Assembly: GCA_039815375.1 (NCBI GenBank)
Contig: JBCBZJ010000002.1
Span: 192,001 to 256,000, forward strand
DNA: 64,000 nucleotides
Direction: 5' to 3'
Origin: Verrucomicrobiota bacterium
Lineage (GTDB): Bacteria; Verrucomicrobiota; Verrucomicrobiia; Opitutales; Coraliomargaritaceae
Made by a program: the position numbers and the translations under genes. Under the pieces are notes generated by a model that saw nothing but the letters and a program-made list of their open reading frames with translations, ran no database searches and had not been told where the DNA came from. Positions 43,161 through 54,058 of this stretch are shown here, in pieces (the first letter of the stretch is position 1; each line of letters begins with the position of its first letter).

Positions 43161-43957
43161 GCCAGCCATCCAGCCTTTCAGCCATACAGGTCGAAGGCCT
43201 CAGGCTTCAGATGTCCGGGGAAACGATTCTGGAAAACGTCTCATTCGAAGTCGGGAAGGGCGAGTTTTTCTCCATTATTGGCCCGAATGGAGCGGGTAAG
43301 ACTTCGCTGATAAAATGTCTTGGGCGTATCCATAATCATTGGACGGGACGTGTTTACATCAACGGCCAGGACCTACAGGCTTTTTCCCAACGAGATCTGG
43401 CGCGCTTTCTAAGTTACGTGCCACAGGCCGAAGGCCGGACTCTGCCGTTTAGCGTTTTTGAGTTTGTGCTGATGGGGCGCTACCCGCACCTCTCACCCTT
43501 TAGCACGATCAGTATCAAAGATCGGGAGGTAGTCACATCCATACTGGACCTCGCCGGCCTTACTGAGTTCAGCGACCGCCGTATGGACACTCTCAGTGGA
43601 GGTGAGCGGCAGATGGTTTTCATCGCGGCGGCACTTGCACAGGGAGCGGAAACGCTCCTACTGGATGAGCCCACCGCATTTCTTGACTACCGGCACCAGG
43701 TGCAAGTCTCCGAGTTATTGAGGCGGCTGAACAAGGAAAATAAAATTACGGTTATTTCCATCAGTCACGACATCAATGCTGCCTGTGCACAAAGCACTCG
43801 TGTGATGGCTATGAAGGACGGCACCTGCCTGTTTGTCGAAACGCCGGAGAATACGATGAATTCCGACCGCCTTCAGGGGCTTTATGATACATCCTTCCTT
43901 ATTGCTGATCACCCAGCCGGAATGGGACGGATCGCACTCATGGAGAAGCAAGCATGA
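43157..43957 (+). CDS. btuD: Cobalamin ABC transporter ATPase
   Basis: GPNGAGKT, LSGGERQ, LLLDEPT; operon context. Confidence 0.85.
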   Translation: MSQPSSLSAIQVEGLRLQMSGETILENVSFEVGKGEFFSIIGPNGAGKTSLIKCLGRIHNHWTGRVYINGQDLQAFSQRDLARFLSYVPQAEGRTLPFSVFEFVLMGRYPHLSPFSTISIKDREVVTSILDLAGLTEFSDRRMDTLSGGERQMVFIAAALAQGAETLLLDEPTAFLDYRHQVQVSELLRRLNKENKITVISISHDINAACAQSTRVMAMKDGTCLFVETPENTMNSDRLQGLYDTSFLIADHPAGMGRIALMEKQA

Positions 43958-44943
43958 GGAAGTCGGTCATATTGATCAATATGGGACTGGTTGCTTTCGT
44001 CAGCTTGCTTATCGCGCCGATGGTGGGTATGGCTTTTATTCCTATAAACGAGCTCTGGCAAGCACCTGGTAGCACCGATGCAGGTATCCTTCGTGATATC
44101 CGTATCCCTCGCGTGCTGACCGCATTTACCGTAGGCGGCGCACTCGCCTTGAGCGGGATGACCTTTCAGGCCATGTTTCGTAATCCGCTGGCGACTCCTT
44201 TCACCTTGGGCACGGCGAGTGGTGCTTCGCTCGGTGCAGCGATCTATATTCGCCTCGGGTTGACTTTCTCGCTTCTGGGAATTTCGGGCATTATCTTTGC
44301 CGCGTTTGCCGGAAGTTTGTTGGCGGTTGTGTTCGTCTATGGTTTGACCCGTCTGAAGAGCGGTTTCTCATCGGCAACCCTTTTACTGGCTGGGGTGGCT
44401 GTCAGCTTCTTCTTTTCCAGCCTGATACTCTTTATCCAATATATCAGCGGTTTTACCAACTCCTTCCGGATTCTTCGCTGGATGATGGGCTCGGTTGATT
44501 TGATGGGCTACGATGGGCTGCTTAATATGCTGCCCTTGATTTTGATTGGTTTGCTGATCGTTCTTTTTAGTTCGAATGAGCTCAATCTCTTGATGACCGG
44601 CGATGACATTGCGGCCAGTCGTGGTGTGAATGTAAACCGGACGAAGAAGGTTCTTTTTACCGCCACTTCTTTGATGGTGGGAGGTGTGGTGGCCTTTTGC
44701 GGGCCGATTGGGTTTATCGGTATGATCGCGCCGCACATCAGCCGTCTTTTAATCGGTAGTAATCACCGTATTTTGATTCCTGCGACGATCCTGTTTGGAG
44801 GCACATTCCTTCTGATTTGTGATACGCTGGCCCGCACGCTCATTGCACCGGTGGAGATACCCGTTGGGGTCCTTACGGCTTTGATCGGTGGCCCCTTCTT
44901 CATTGTCTTGCTGCTCAATCGGAAGGGAGGACTGGGGCTGTGA
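43954..44943 (+). CDS. btuC: Cobalamin ABC transporter permease (FecCD/BtuC family)
   Basis: IRIPRVL, FRNPLATP..LG.ASGA, GPIGFIGMIAPH, EIPVG. Confidence 0.88.
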   Translation: MRKSVILINMGLVAFVSLLIAPMVGMAFIPINELWQAPGSTDAGILRDIRIPRVLTAFTVGGALALSGMTFQAMFRNPLATPFTLGTASGASLGAAIYIRLGLTFSLLGISGIIFAAFAGSLLAVVFVYGLTRLKSGFSSATLLLAGVAVSFFFSSLILFIQYISGFTNSFRILRWMMGSVDLMGYDGLLNMLPLILIGLLIVLFSSNELNLLMTGDDIAASRGVNVNRTKKVLFTATSLMVGGVVAFCGPIGFIGMIAPHISRLLIGSNHRILIPATILFGGTFLLICDTLARTLIAPVEIPVGVLTALIGGPFFIVLLLNRKGGLGL

Positions 44944-45016
44944 ATATTGGCTTACCAGTTGCCATACCATCTGCGTATTTCGGTATCAGCAACCATCGTA
45001 ACGGAGGGTCAAAGCC

Positions 45017-45793
45017 ATGATGAAAGGGCGCTTCCCATTCCGCTTAGGCACGACCTCGTTTATCCTGCGTGACGACATCCTGCCCAATGTTCACTATCTG
45101 AAGGATCGGGTGGATCACGTCGAACTACTCGTGTTTGAGACTGATGCTAGCTATCCTTATCCGAATCGTGAAACGGTCGCCGAACTTCAGGCGATCGGTG
45201 CCGAGCATGAGACGACTTACACGGTGCACTTGCCAATCGGTATCAAGCTCGGCTCGTCTGATGAGAAGCGGCGCCGCAAAGATGTCGACGCAGTTCTCCG
45301 AGCATATGAGGCCATGCGGGCGCTTTCTCCGATTGCCTGGGATCTTCACCTCGAACGCAATGATAATAGACCGCACGATGGCCTGGCCTGGCAAGCGGCT
45401 TGTCTAAAGTCCTTGGACGAGCTGAAGGCAGGCGGTTTGGATCCGGCGCAGACCGGCATCGAGACACTCGAATTCGATTTTACAGAGACGGTTCCGCTAC
45501 TGGACGCCACCGGTTTCGCCATCACGCTCGATATTGGTCATGTTTGGTATCGTGATTATGATGAAGCAAAATACCTGGAGCTCTACTTGCCCCGTGCGGT
45601 CAGTATACATCTGCATGGCTTCAACCAGGAGCGCGACCACAAGGGGCTGCAACATGTCCCGCGCCCACGGCTCGAGCGTTTCCTTGATGCCGTCGCAAAA
45701 CATCCGCAGGCTAGCAAATTGCCGGTCTCCGTTGAAGTGTTTGATCCGGACAGCTTTAACCAATCGATGGAGACTCTGAATGAAATCGCCTAA
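45017..45793 (+). CDS. cbiR: Cobamide remodelling phosphodiesterase CbiR (AP endonuclease 2 TIM barrel)
   Basis: FRLGTTSFI, VELL, YTVHLP, LDIGH, IHLHG..RDH and EVF metal-ligand pattern; located between the btu and cobU/T/S genes. Confidence 0.8.
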   Translation: MMKGRFPFRLGTTSFILRDDILPNVHYLKDRVDHVELLVFETDASYPYPNRETVAELQAIGAEHETTYTVHLPIGIKLGSSDEKRRRKDVDAVLRAYEAMRALSPIAWDLHLERNDNRPHDGLAWQAACLKSLDELKAGGLDPAQTGIETLEFDFTETVPLLDATGFAITLDIGHVWYRDYDEAKYLELYLPRAVSIHLHGFNQERDHKGLQHVPRPRLERFLDAVAKHPQASKLPVSVEVFDPDSFNQSMETLNEIA

Positions 45794-46310
45794 AGTATTA
45801 CTTGTTACCGGTGGGAGTCGGAGTGGTAAAACTGCCTATGCGCTTCAGCGGGCTATGGAGTATGAGCGCCGCATCTATCTCGCTACGGCCGAGCCGGTCG
45901 ATTCGGAGATGGAAGACCGGATTACCCGCCATCAGCAGGAGCGGGGAGGGGATTTTACCACTATGGAGGAGCCTATCGATCTCTCTGGTGCATTGCGGCG
46001 CGTGCCAGAGGATGCTGAAGTTGTGCTTGTCGACTGCATGACGGTCTGGCTCGGAAATCTCATGCACCACCAAGGCGTGCAAGCAGATCCCTACGACGCG
46101 GTGAACCAATTCCTGGCTGCACTTAAGAAGCCTCCCTGCAATCTCATTATCGTAACCAATGAGGTTGGCTCTGGAATCATTCCGCATGATCCCATGACCC
46201 GGACCTATCGTGATCACGCGGGCTGGCTGAATCAGGATATCGCAAAAATTGCCGCCGAAGTCGTACTTGTAGCCTGTGGTCTTCCACTCGTTTTGAAGGA
46301 GTGTAGATGA
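45780..46310 (+). CDS. cobU: Adenosylcobinamide kinase / cobinamide-phosphate guanylyltransferase
   Basis: [35 protein letters not shown]. Confidence 0.95.
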   Translation: MKSPKVLLVTGGSRSGKTAYALQRAMEYERRIYLATAEPVDSEMEDRITRHQQERGGDFTTMEEPIDLSGALRRVPEDAEVVLVDCMTVWLGNLMHHQGVQADPYDAVNQFLAALKKPPCNLIIVTNEVGSGIIPHDPMTRTYRDHAGWLNQDIAKIAAEVVLVACGLPLVLKECR

Positions 46311-47365
46311 ATACAGAGCTGACCCGGATCATCGATTCCATTTGTGCTGTCGACAAAGCGCTTGAACCTCAAATTCAGGCACATCTCGACGACCTGACCC
46401 ATCCCAAGGGAAGCCTTGGCCGTCTTGAGGAGATCGCCATGCGTTATTGCAAGATCCAACGCAGGCTCGAGCCTGTGCTGGGCAGGAAGATCATTTTTAC
46501 CTTCGCCGCAGACCATGGCGTGGCAGCGGAAGGGGTGTCGGCATTTCCTGCGGAGGTCACGACACAAATGGTGTTAAATATGCTCGTGGGTGGTGCAGCG
46601 GTGAATGTGCTGGCCAGCCACTCGGGTGCGGAAAATCGTATTGTCGACATGGGGGTCAATTATGATTTTGAGGACCGTCCCGGACTGATCGACCGTAAGG
46701 TGCGTTGGGGCACTGATAACTTATGCAAAGGCCCGGCGATGTCTTTGGCTGAAGCGGAGCAGGCCTTGCTGGTGGGTGCGCAGTTGGCGCGTGACGCCCG
46801 GGATGAGAGCGCCACCCTACTGGGAACCGGTGAGATAGGCATTGCCAACACGACTCCCTCCGCCGCCTTGTTCGCTGCACTGCTGGACCTCTCGGCAGAA
46901 GAAGTCACCGGACGTGGTAGCGGGATCAACGACGAACGCTTGCGGCATAAGACACAAGTGGTTCGCCGGGGGCTTGAGGCCAATCGGTCCCGGCTAGGGA
47001 CTCCGATTGAAGTGCTTGCGGCGCTTGGGGGATTCGAGATTGCAGGTATCAGCGGGCTCTGCCTTGGCGCGGCATCGGCGGGCGTGCCGGTCGTAGTGGA
47101 TGGATTTATTTCTTCAGCGGCAGCACTTGTAGCGTGCCGAATAAATCCACTGGTTAGAGACTATCTTTTCTTTAGTCATCGGTCTGCAGAATCCGGGCAC
47201 AGTACTTTTCTGAAAACCTTTGATAGTCGTCCTATTTTAGATTTGGACCTGCGTCTGGGCGAAGGCACAGGTGCTGCGCTGGCGATGCATGTAATCGACG
47301 CTTCCGTTAAAATCTATAAGGAGATGGCAACTTTCAGCAGTGCCGGGGTAGCCACCAAAGAGTAG
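46307..47365 (+). CDS. cobT: Nicotinate-nucleotide:dimethylbenzimidazole phosphoribosyltransferase
   Basis: [38 protein letters not shown]. Confidence 0.96.
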   Translation: MNTELTRIIDSICAVDKALEPQIQAHLDDLTHPKGSLGRLEEIAMRYCKIQRRLEPVLGRKIIFTFAADHGVAAEGVSAFPAEVTTQMVLNMLVGGAAVNVLASHSGAENRIVDMGVNYDFEDRPGLIDRKVRWGTDNLCKGPAMSLAEAEQALLVGAQLARDARDESATLLGTGEIGIANTTPSAALFAALLDLSAEEVTGRGSGINDERLRHKTQVVRRGLEANRSRLGTPIEVLAALGGFEIAGISGLCLGAASAGVPVVVDGFISSAAALVACRINPLVRDYLFFSHRSAESGHSTFLKTFDSRPILDLDLRLGEGTGAALAMHVIDASVKIYKEMATFSSAGVATKE

Positions 47366-47480
47366 ATCATTTTTAACACATAGCATATGTCGACGATAAG
47401 CATTCTACAGGATCATGAATTTTCCCAATGCTCCCCCTTCTGGCGCAGCGCTTGCGAAAATCTAAATTAATTTTTCCAAT

Positions 47481-48200
47481 ATGAACGGCTTGGTAACAGC
47501 TTTCCGAACTCTGAGTATTCTACCCATACCAGGCAAAGATGCAAAGGACTTCTCCACGGCTCTGCCGTGGTTCCCGATCGTCGGGGCATCGCTCGGTGGA
47601 CTGTTGGCGATACTTGCGCTGGCATTGAGTTCCCTGCCAACTGATGTTGCCGCTGGATTTTTGCTGCTCGCCGGGGTGCTATTAACCCGTGGTTTCCATA
47701 TCGATGGGCTCGCGGATTGTGCCGATGGGTTTGGTGGTGGTTACACCCGAGAGCGCGTGCTTGAGATCATGAAAGACTCAGCGACCGGTGTATTCGGCAC
47801 GCTGGCGATTGTCCTCTCGCTCTTCTTAAAATGGCTTGCTTTGAAGCATCTTCTGATGGTTGGAAACCTCGTCGTTATTGTTCTCGCTTACACCTTGTCG
47901 CGTGCGCTCATTGTCGAGCAAACTGTTTGTTGGCCCTATGCGCGCAAAAAAGGCACGGCGTCATCTTTTGTTGCCGGGGCAACACAACTACACCGCATCA
48001 TCGCTTTATTGATTGCTGCCGCCGCTGCGTTTCTCGCAGCCGGACCTTTGGGATTCACCTATCTTGCGATTGCCTGGTTGGCCGCCTATGGAATCGGACT
48101 GTATTCAAAGCGACGCATTAAGGGCATTACCGGAGATGTGCTTGGTGCAACCAGCGAATGTGTCGAAACTCTGGTCCTCCTGCTTCCCTTGTTTATATGA
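47481..48200 (+). CDS. cobS: Adenosylcobinamide-GDP ribazoletransferase (cobalamin synthase)
   Basis: [27 protein letters not shown]. Confidence 0.95.
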   Translation: MNGLVTAFRTLSILPIPGKDAKDFSTALPWFPIVGASLGGLLAILALALSSLPTDVAAGFLLLAGVLLTRGFHIDGLADCADGFGGGYTRERVLEIMKDSATGVFGTLAIVLSLFLKWLALKHLLMVGNLVVIVLAYTLSRALIVEQTVCWPYARKKGTASSFVAGATQLHRIIALLIAAAAAFLAAGPLGFTYLAIAWLAAYGIGLYSKRRIKGITGDVLGATSECVETLVLLLPLFI

Positions 48201-49702
48201 GCCATTCTAAAGCACGTTGTGTAGCACTGTTCGGCACCGGATCCGATGTGGGTAAGAGCATCGCGACAACTGCTATCTGCCGTATTTTCAAAAACAAAGG
48301 CTGCCGCGTCTCCCCCTACAAGGCACAAAATATGTCGAATAATTCTTATGTCACCTTGGGCGGAGGTGAGATGGGGCGCGCACAGGTTGTCCAGGCGGAG
48401 GCTTGTGGCCTAGAGCCGCATGTGGATATGAACCCGGTCTTGTTGAAGCCCAACACAGATATGGGCTCGCAGATTATTCTCCAGGGTAAGGCGATCGGGA
48501 ATGCGCAGGCAGCCGATTACTTTAAGGAAACCGGTCACCTTTTCGCCTCGGCTAGGGAGAGCCTGGCCCGCCTGCGCGAGCAGAATGATTTGATTGTGAT
48601 CGAAGGTGCGGGCTCCTGCGCAGAGGTTAATCTACGCAAGCGGGACTTCGTTAATTTTGAAACTGCCCATGCGGCTGAGGCGCCTGTAATCCTCGTCGCG
48701 GATATCGACCGTGGTGGAGTCTTTGCCCAAATTATAGGCTCTCTGGAAGTAATGCCCAAGGAGGATCGCCAAAGGGTTGCCGGATTCATCATCAACAAGT
48801 TTCGTGGCGATCCTTCACTCTTTACTGATGGCATTCGCTATCTGGAAGAACGCACGGGGCTGCCTGTGCTTGGGCTGATCCCGTATTACCGTCACATTGA
48901 GATCGATCCCGAGGATGGCATGCCTCTCGAAACGGCTATCGACCCGCCTGGATATTCCCTGCCAGGAAAGATTAACCTTGCCGCAATCCGCTGGCCGCAT
49001 GTTTCAAATTTCACAGATTTCAATCCGCTGGTTCGTAACCCTGCGGTTTCCTTTCACTATCTTTCGAAGCCGCGGTCGCTCGAAGGCTACGATGCGCTAT
49101 TTCTACCAGGCACGAAGAATGTGCGTTTCGATTTAGACTGGTTGCGTGAAAAGGGCTGGGAAGCTCCGATTCGCGACTTCGCGCAACAAGGTGGGCGGAT
49201 TCTGGGGATCTGCGGTGGCTATCAGATGTTGGGTAAGCAGATCCATGATCCCTTTGGGGTGGAGGGGGATCCGGGAAGCACCGCAGGGCTGGGTTTGCTG
49301 GACGTGGAGACCACGCTTGAGCAGCGCAAGGTGCTCTCACGTTCCAAGGGCAAGCTGGCGAATGGCACTTCGATCGAAGGCTAAGAAATCCACATGGGGC
49401 AAAGCACACTTGGGGGCGGCTCTGCACCGCTGATCTATTTGGACAGTCGCAATACGGTGGCAGTGGACGATACCGACGGCGCGATATCATCGGATGCGAA
49501 AACCGCAGGATGTTACTTTCACGGCCTCTTTGACTTCCCAAATTACCGAAATGTGTTCCTCTCGAGCCTGAATCCTGACTACGTCTGTGAAGACATCGAG
49601 ATTGCTGCGCAGTTCAAGCAGAGGCAATACGATCTGCTCGCAAAACATTTCGAGCAACATCTTGATTTGGAACGACTCGAACAAATCATCTTTCAAGCAT
49701 GA
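48197..49702 (+). pseudogene. cobQ: Cobyric acid synthase interrupted by an in-frame TAA at 49382-49384
   Basis: [43 protein letters not shown]. The conserved GYEIHMG reads G-TAA-EIHMG and the frame continues through YFHGLF to 49702. Confidence 0.85.
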
Positions 49703-50364
49703 CACATATAAGCAACGCCATGGATATCTTACCTGAAGAACGAGACGCTGTTTACAAAACAATCCATAGCCGCCGCGATACACGTAGCGAGTTCCTGCCG
49801 GGCCTGATTCCAGAGGAAGTGTTGCAGCGAATCCTTGGAGCCGCGCACCATGCGCCGAGTGTTGGCTTCATGCAGCCCTGGGACTTTATTGTCGTAAAGG
49901 ATTGCGATACCCGCCAGAAGATCAAAGACGGCTTTGAAGTGGCCCATGCCGAGGCCACGCGGATGTTCGAAGGGGAGAAACGGGAACGTTACCAGAGCTT
50001 CAAGCTCGAAGGCATTATGGAAGCGCCGATGGGTATTTGCATCACCTGTGACCGTAGTCGCACCGGGCCAGTTGTAATTGGCCGCACGGCCAACCCGGAA
50101 ATGGATCTCTATAGTTCTGTTTGTGCCGTGCAAAATCTGTGGCTGGCCGCACGTGCCGAAAATATCGGTATCGGTTGGGTCAGTATCGTGAGCCACGATG
50201 TGATGCGCGACGCGCTAGGCATTCCCGAAGGCATCATGCCTATCGCCTATCTCTGCATCGGCTACGTCAGCGAATTTCATGATCAGCCCGAACTCGAAAA
50301 GGCCGGGTGGTTGCCACGTCTTTCGCTGGAGTCGGTCACCCACTACGAACGCTGGTCCAAGTAA
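49699..50364 (+). CDS. bluB: 5,6-dimethylbenzimidazole synthase
   Basis: RRDTR..F, AHHAPSVGFMQPWDF, KLEGI, YSSVCAVQNLWLAARAE..G.GWVS. Confidence 0.95.
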   Translation: MTHISNAMDILPEERDAVYKTIHSRRDTRSEFLPGLIPEEVLQRILGAAHHAPSVGFMQPWDFIVVKDCDTRQKIKDGFEVAHAEATRMFEGEKRERYQSFKLEGIMEAPMGICITCDRSRTGPVVIGRTANPEMDLYSSVCAVQNLWLAARAENIGIGWVSIVSHDVMRDALGIPEGIMPIAYLCIGYVSEFHDQPELEKAGWLPRLSLESVTHYERWSK

Positions 50365-50370
50365 ATCTGT

Positions 50371-51405
50371 ATGCACCAACACGGTGGAAATCCTGATTTG
50401 GACTGTAAGCGTCTGGGCATTACAAGCGGCGAGATCATCGATTTCAGCGTTAATGTAAGCCCACTCGGATTACCTCCGCAAATTCGAGTGCTCTGGGATC
50501 GGCTGATTGTTGAAAACGAACAGTATCCGACACCCTATGGGGAAAGGGTAAAAACCTTCTACCATTCACGGTTCGGTCTGCCGGAAGACTGCGTTCTTCC
50601 GGGGAACGGATCGATCGATTTGATCTACGATGCACCGCGCACGCTTGGCATTAGGCGCGCCTCAATCCCGCAGCCTTCTTTTCATGACTACCAACGAAGC
50701 TGCAAGGCATGCGGTGCAGAGATCATACACACAACAGCCGGTCGCTTGGATGGTTGCGATGCCTACTTTATTGGCAATCCGTGCAATCCAGCTGGCGGCC
50801 TTACGCTTGCGGAGGAGCTGCTCTCACTTGCCGATATGAATCCTTCTGTCAGTTTCTTTGTTGATGAAGCCTTTATCCAATTGGTTGATGAGCCAGGTCG
50901 ATACAGCCTGCTGCAGAGGGATCGCTTGCGAGATAATATCATTGTCTTCCACTCACTTACTAAGGTTTACGCATTACCGGGTCTGAGGGTCGGTGCCTGT
51001 GTTTCCACTCCGGCAACAATCGAGCGCTTGGAAGCGAAGCGACCGCCCTGGATGGTGAGTCGTCTCGCCGAGCAGGTAGCCGGAGCACTTGTGCATTGCA
51101 GCGATTATGAAGCAGAGCTTCGTCGCATGGTGCGTGCGGAGCGTGAACGCATCTATCAAGCCCTGAAACAATCGTCCGCTTATGAACCGGTTCCCGGCAA
51201 TGCGAATTACCTGCTTACCCAATGGAAGGCCACGGAGGATCTCGATGACCTGCTTCGCTCACTCCTGAGCCAGGGACTCTACGTGCGGGATTGCCGTAAC
51301 TTCCCCACACTTGAAGACAATTGGTTCCGTATCGCAATTCGGCGTCCTGAAGAGAATGACCGACTGTTGGAGGCATTAAAGGCATGCAAAACAATCCAGG
51401 CGTAA
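50371..51405 (+). CDS. cobD: L-threonine-O-3-phosphate decarboxylase
   Basis: HGG, DFSVNVSP, GNGS, NPCNP, VDEAF, HSLTK.YALPGLRVG. Confidence 0.88.
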   Translation: MHQHGGNPDLDCKRLGITSGEIIDFSVNVSPLGLPPQIRVLWDRLIVENEQYPTPYGERVKTFYHSRFGLPEDCVLPGNGSIDLIYDAPRTLGIRRASIPQPSFHDYQRSCKACGAEIIHTTAGRLDGCDAYFIGNPCNPAGGLTLAEELLSLADMNPSVSFFVDEAFIQLVDEPGRYSLLQRDRLRDNIIVFHSLTKVYALPGLRVGACVSTPATIERLEAKRPPWMVSRLAEQVAGALVHCSDYEAELRRMVRAERERIYQALKQSSAYEPVPGNANYLLTQWKATEDLDDLLRSLLSQGLYVRDCRNFPTLEDNWFRIAIRRPEENDRLLEALKACKTIQA

Positions 51406-52340
51406 TTCTGCTCGTTGCCATTGTCTTGGATCGCTTTCTGGGAGATCCTGCCTACCGCATGCATCCGGTGCGTTTATTCGGACACTTGATCACTGCGCTG
51501 GAGCACGAACTTCGTAAACGCGTCCCATCACTTCGACTCGCATCTTTTCTGCTCCCGGCATTGGCACTCTTTGCTACGCTCTTAGTCTATATACTTCTAA
51601 CAAATTTTCTTGGAGACTGGGTTTGGGTGTTAAACATCTATCTCACTTATTCCTTGTTAGCTTTGGGTGATCTCTTGAAACATGCCAAGGCGGTCCAACA
51701 AGCCTTGAATGTGTCGGGTATAAAAGTGGCGCGCCAACAGGTGCAACGGATTGTCGGGCGTGATACCTCTGTGCTCGATTCTGCGGGAGTTGCTCGTGCC
51801 ACGATCGAGTCGGTTGCTGAAAGCTTTGTCGATGGAATACTGGCTCCTATTTTCTGGTTCGCGTTCGGAGTTGTTTTGTTTGGATCGACAGAGGGAGGAG
51901 TGTTTTGCCTGATCACATTCAAAGTGGTCAGTACGCTCGACTCGATGGTGGGCTACAAGAACAAGCGCTATCTTGTTTTAGGTCGAGTGAGTGCTCGGTT
52001 AGATGACCTCTTGAATTTCGTCCCCGCTCGTCTTTCGATTCCCCTGATCGCGCTTGCTGCAAAACTGCTCGGCAATGACGCCCGTGCCGCGCTTCACATC
52101 GGCCTGCGGGATCGTAAGAAGCACAGCTCCCCGAACTCAGCTCATGCAGAGGCCGCGGTGGCCGGGGCGCTGGATTTGCGTTTGGGCGGTCCAACCCAGT
52201 ATCCGCATACTCTGGTTGATAAGCCCTGGTTGGGAAAAGGCAGTGCGGAGGCTTCACCCGCAAAGATCGGCGCAGCACTCAGGCTGGTAACTCTCAGCAC
52301 TTATCTCGCCGCAGGCATCGCTGTCTTCATCGTATTCTAG
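51384..52340 (+). CDS. cbiB: Adenosylcobinamide-phosphate synthase
   Basis: GDP...HPV, IVGRDT, ATIESVAE, TLDSMVGYK, ARLDD..NFVPARL, SPNS. Confidence 0.95.
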   Translation: MQNNPGVILLVAIVLDRFLGDPAYRMHPVRLFGHLITALEHELRKRVPSLRLASFLLPALALFATLLVYILLTNFLGDWVWVLNIYLTYSLLALGDLLKHAKAVQQALNVSGIKVARQQVQRIVGRDTSVLDSAGVARATIESVAESFVDGILAPIFWFAFGVVLFGSTEGGVFCLITFKVVSTLDSMVGYKNKRYLVLGRVSARLDDLLNFVPARLSIPLIALAAKLLGNDARAALHIGLRDRKKHSSPNSAHAEAAVAGALDLRLGGPTQYPHTLVDKPWLGKGSAEASPAKIGAALRLVTLSTYLAAGIAVFIVF

Positions 52341-52945
52341 AAATCCACGCCCTCGCGTGCGGCGATGCCTTCTTTGAAGGCGTGCTTTACGCAGTTCACG
52401 TCCGAGACTGTATCCGCCAACTCACGAATCGCGCTTCCACCGCCGCGACCGGTGATGACAACTGTTTGCTCATAGGGCCGATTCTTTATGGCACTTATGA
52501 TGCGGTCTTCTGCCAGATACTTGTAACCGAGCATATAAGTCAACTCGTCGAGCACGACTAATCGAATTGCATCATCCTGGAGTAAGTTCTCTGCGAAGTC
52601 CCAGGTTTTCTCCGCTGCTTCAATGTCACTGGAGCGGTCTTGCGTATTCCAGGTGAATCCTGTTCCCATTTGATAAAACGGGATCTCAGGGAACTTTTTC
52701 TGGATGAATTGCTCCTCGCCACTTTGCTGGGCTCCTTTGATAAACTGGACGATGCCAACATTGTGCCCATAGCCAAGGCTACGCAGGACCATGCCGAAAG
52801 CCGAAGTGGACTTTCCTTTGCCATTGCCGGTCAGAAGCACGACAATTCCGCGCGACTCCGTAGCCTCGGCGATCTTCTTATCAATGCGCGCTTTTTGTTT
52901 TTCCATGCGCGCTTTGTATTTGGCCTGTTTTTCTTCTTCGTTCAT
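52337..52945 (-). CDS. cobO: Cob(I)alamin adenosyltransferase (CobA/BtuR/CobO)
   Basis: TGNGKGKSTSAFG, QFIKG, GFTW, LDEL, VITGR, KHAF..GI.A..GVDF. Confidence 0.95.
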   Translation of the reverse strand: MNEEEKQAKYKARMEKQKARIDKKIAEATESRGIVVLLTGNGKGKSTSAFGMVLRSLGYGHNVGIVQFIKGAQQSGEEQFIQKKFPEIPFYQMGTGFTWNTQDRSSDIEAAEKTWDFAENLLQDDAIRLVVLDELTYMLGYKYLAEDRIISAIKNRPYEQTVVITGRGGGSAIRELADTVSDVNCVKHAFKEGIAAREGVDF

Positions 52946-53209
52946 GTGGGCAATGAATATGGGTTCCTACTCTCCTCGAAATTGTAACATCTCGGGAGTA
53001 TCGCAATGCGATACATGGAGTGCTCAGGCATTTCGGCGATGATGTGACGAACTGAGACGCTTTGAGCAGTTGGCAGAGAGAAGTGGACGGCGGCAACTTG
53101 GGCGAAGTGTAGGCTGTGCCGTTAAGTTCCGAGACCGTAGGCCGACAAGACCGGATCCGGCAACCGTCCAGTTTTAGGAGGTCAGATCAATTCTTCAGAT
53201 TTGACGATC

Positions 53210-54058
53210 TCATTTAGCATTTAGCCGAATCCTAAGCGCTTCTTTATGCTGCTTCTTTGCAGGATGCCGAAGCGCGTGGCGTATGACCCATCGGCGGTTC
53301 TTGATATGCACTGGATCTGTCATGGACCTCGTTTCTACGAGCCAACGCTCGCTGGTTTGCAACAAAGTTGGCAGGTTTGCTTTGCCAATGTCGCCAAGGT
53401 GGTTCGCAACTGAGCGCCGTACGTAAAGTTCGGGGTCGTCCTTGAGTATTTCGAGAAGAGGTAGTGTGAGGTCTGGATTTGTATCTATTTCCTTAAGGCG
53501 TATTGCCCAGGGTAGGCGAGGGCGACTGCCTTCGCTGACGAGTCTTCTCACGTGCGGATTCGGGTCGCGGGTCCATTGCCTTAGAAGTTCTAGGCTCTTA
53601 TCTCGATGCTCGATGATGTAGCCGCGTATACTGAATTCTGCAGTGAAGCGCTTGGTCAGCTCATAGTTGGCCCGCATCCCTGCATCGAAGTGATTTGAGC
53701 TGTAACGTCCGATCAGCGCTGCGTGCGGCATGTAGAAGAACGGCTGTAAACCGTAGTCTTGAGTTGCTTCGAGTTCAGGTCCGAAAGACTGAATCAGAAT
53801 TTTCGAGCTTTCCTCAAAATCGTCAGGGAGCTCGCGCTGCAATGCGTCGGCTATATGTGCAGCTCTCTCTTTAAGCTCAAGTTCTTCGAGCCCGTTCTTC
53901 GCTGAAATTTTAAAGCGACTTGTGCTGAAATGAGAAAATACCTGCTCTAGCGAGTCGCTAATTAGATCAACGAGTCTCGCATCGATAACTTTCTTCAGAG
54001 GCACTCCTGCTTGGATTGAGTTGGGTGCTGAAAAACGTTCTATTGGGTGACCAGACAT
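53210..54058 (-). CDS. DNA alkylation repair protein (AlkC/AlkD HEAT-repeat glycosylase family)
   Basis: ELTKRFTAEFSIR, HVRRLVSEGSRPRLPW, LKDDPELYVRRSVANHL.DI.K. Confidence 0.88.
   Translation of the reverse strand: MSGHPIERFSAPNSIQAGVPLKKVIDARLVDLISDSLEQVFSHFSTSRFKISAKNGLEELELKERAAHIADALQRELPDDFEESSKILIQSFGPELEATQDYGLQPFFYMPHAALIGRYSSNHFDAGMRANYELTKRFTAEFSIRGYIIEHRDKSLELLRQWTRDPNPHVRRLVSEGSRPRLPWAIRLKEIDTNPDLTLPLLEILKDDPELYVRRSVANHLGDIGKANLPTLLQTSERWLVETRSMTDPVHIKNRRWVIRHALRHPAKKQHKEALRIRLNAK

Noticed and set aside
49382..49384. Stop-codon reassignment or programmed readthrough of TAA
   Set aside because: TAA terminates many intact genes here (for example actB, actC, panD), and it is not the Sec or Pyl codon. 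A point mutation or sequencing error is simpler.
34640..52945. Complete de novo cobalamin biosynthesis cluster
   Set aside because: No precorrin methyltransferases or ring-contraction genes in the window; only uptake, late-stage and salvage functions are present.
53084..53170. tRNA or third cobalamin riboswitch upstream of cobO
   Set aside because: No T-loop (GTTCRA) or cloverleaf on either strand, and no convincing B12 box. Kept only as an unassigned structure.
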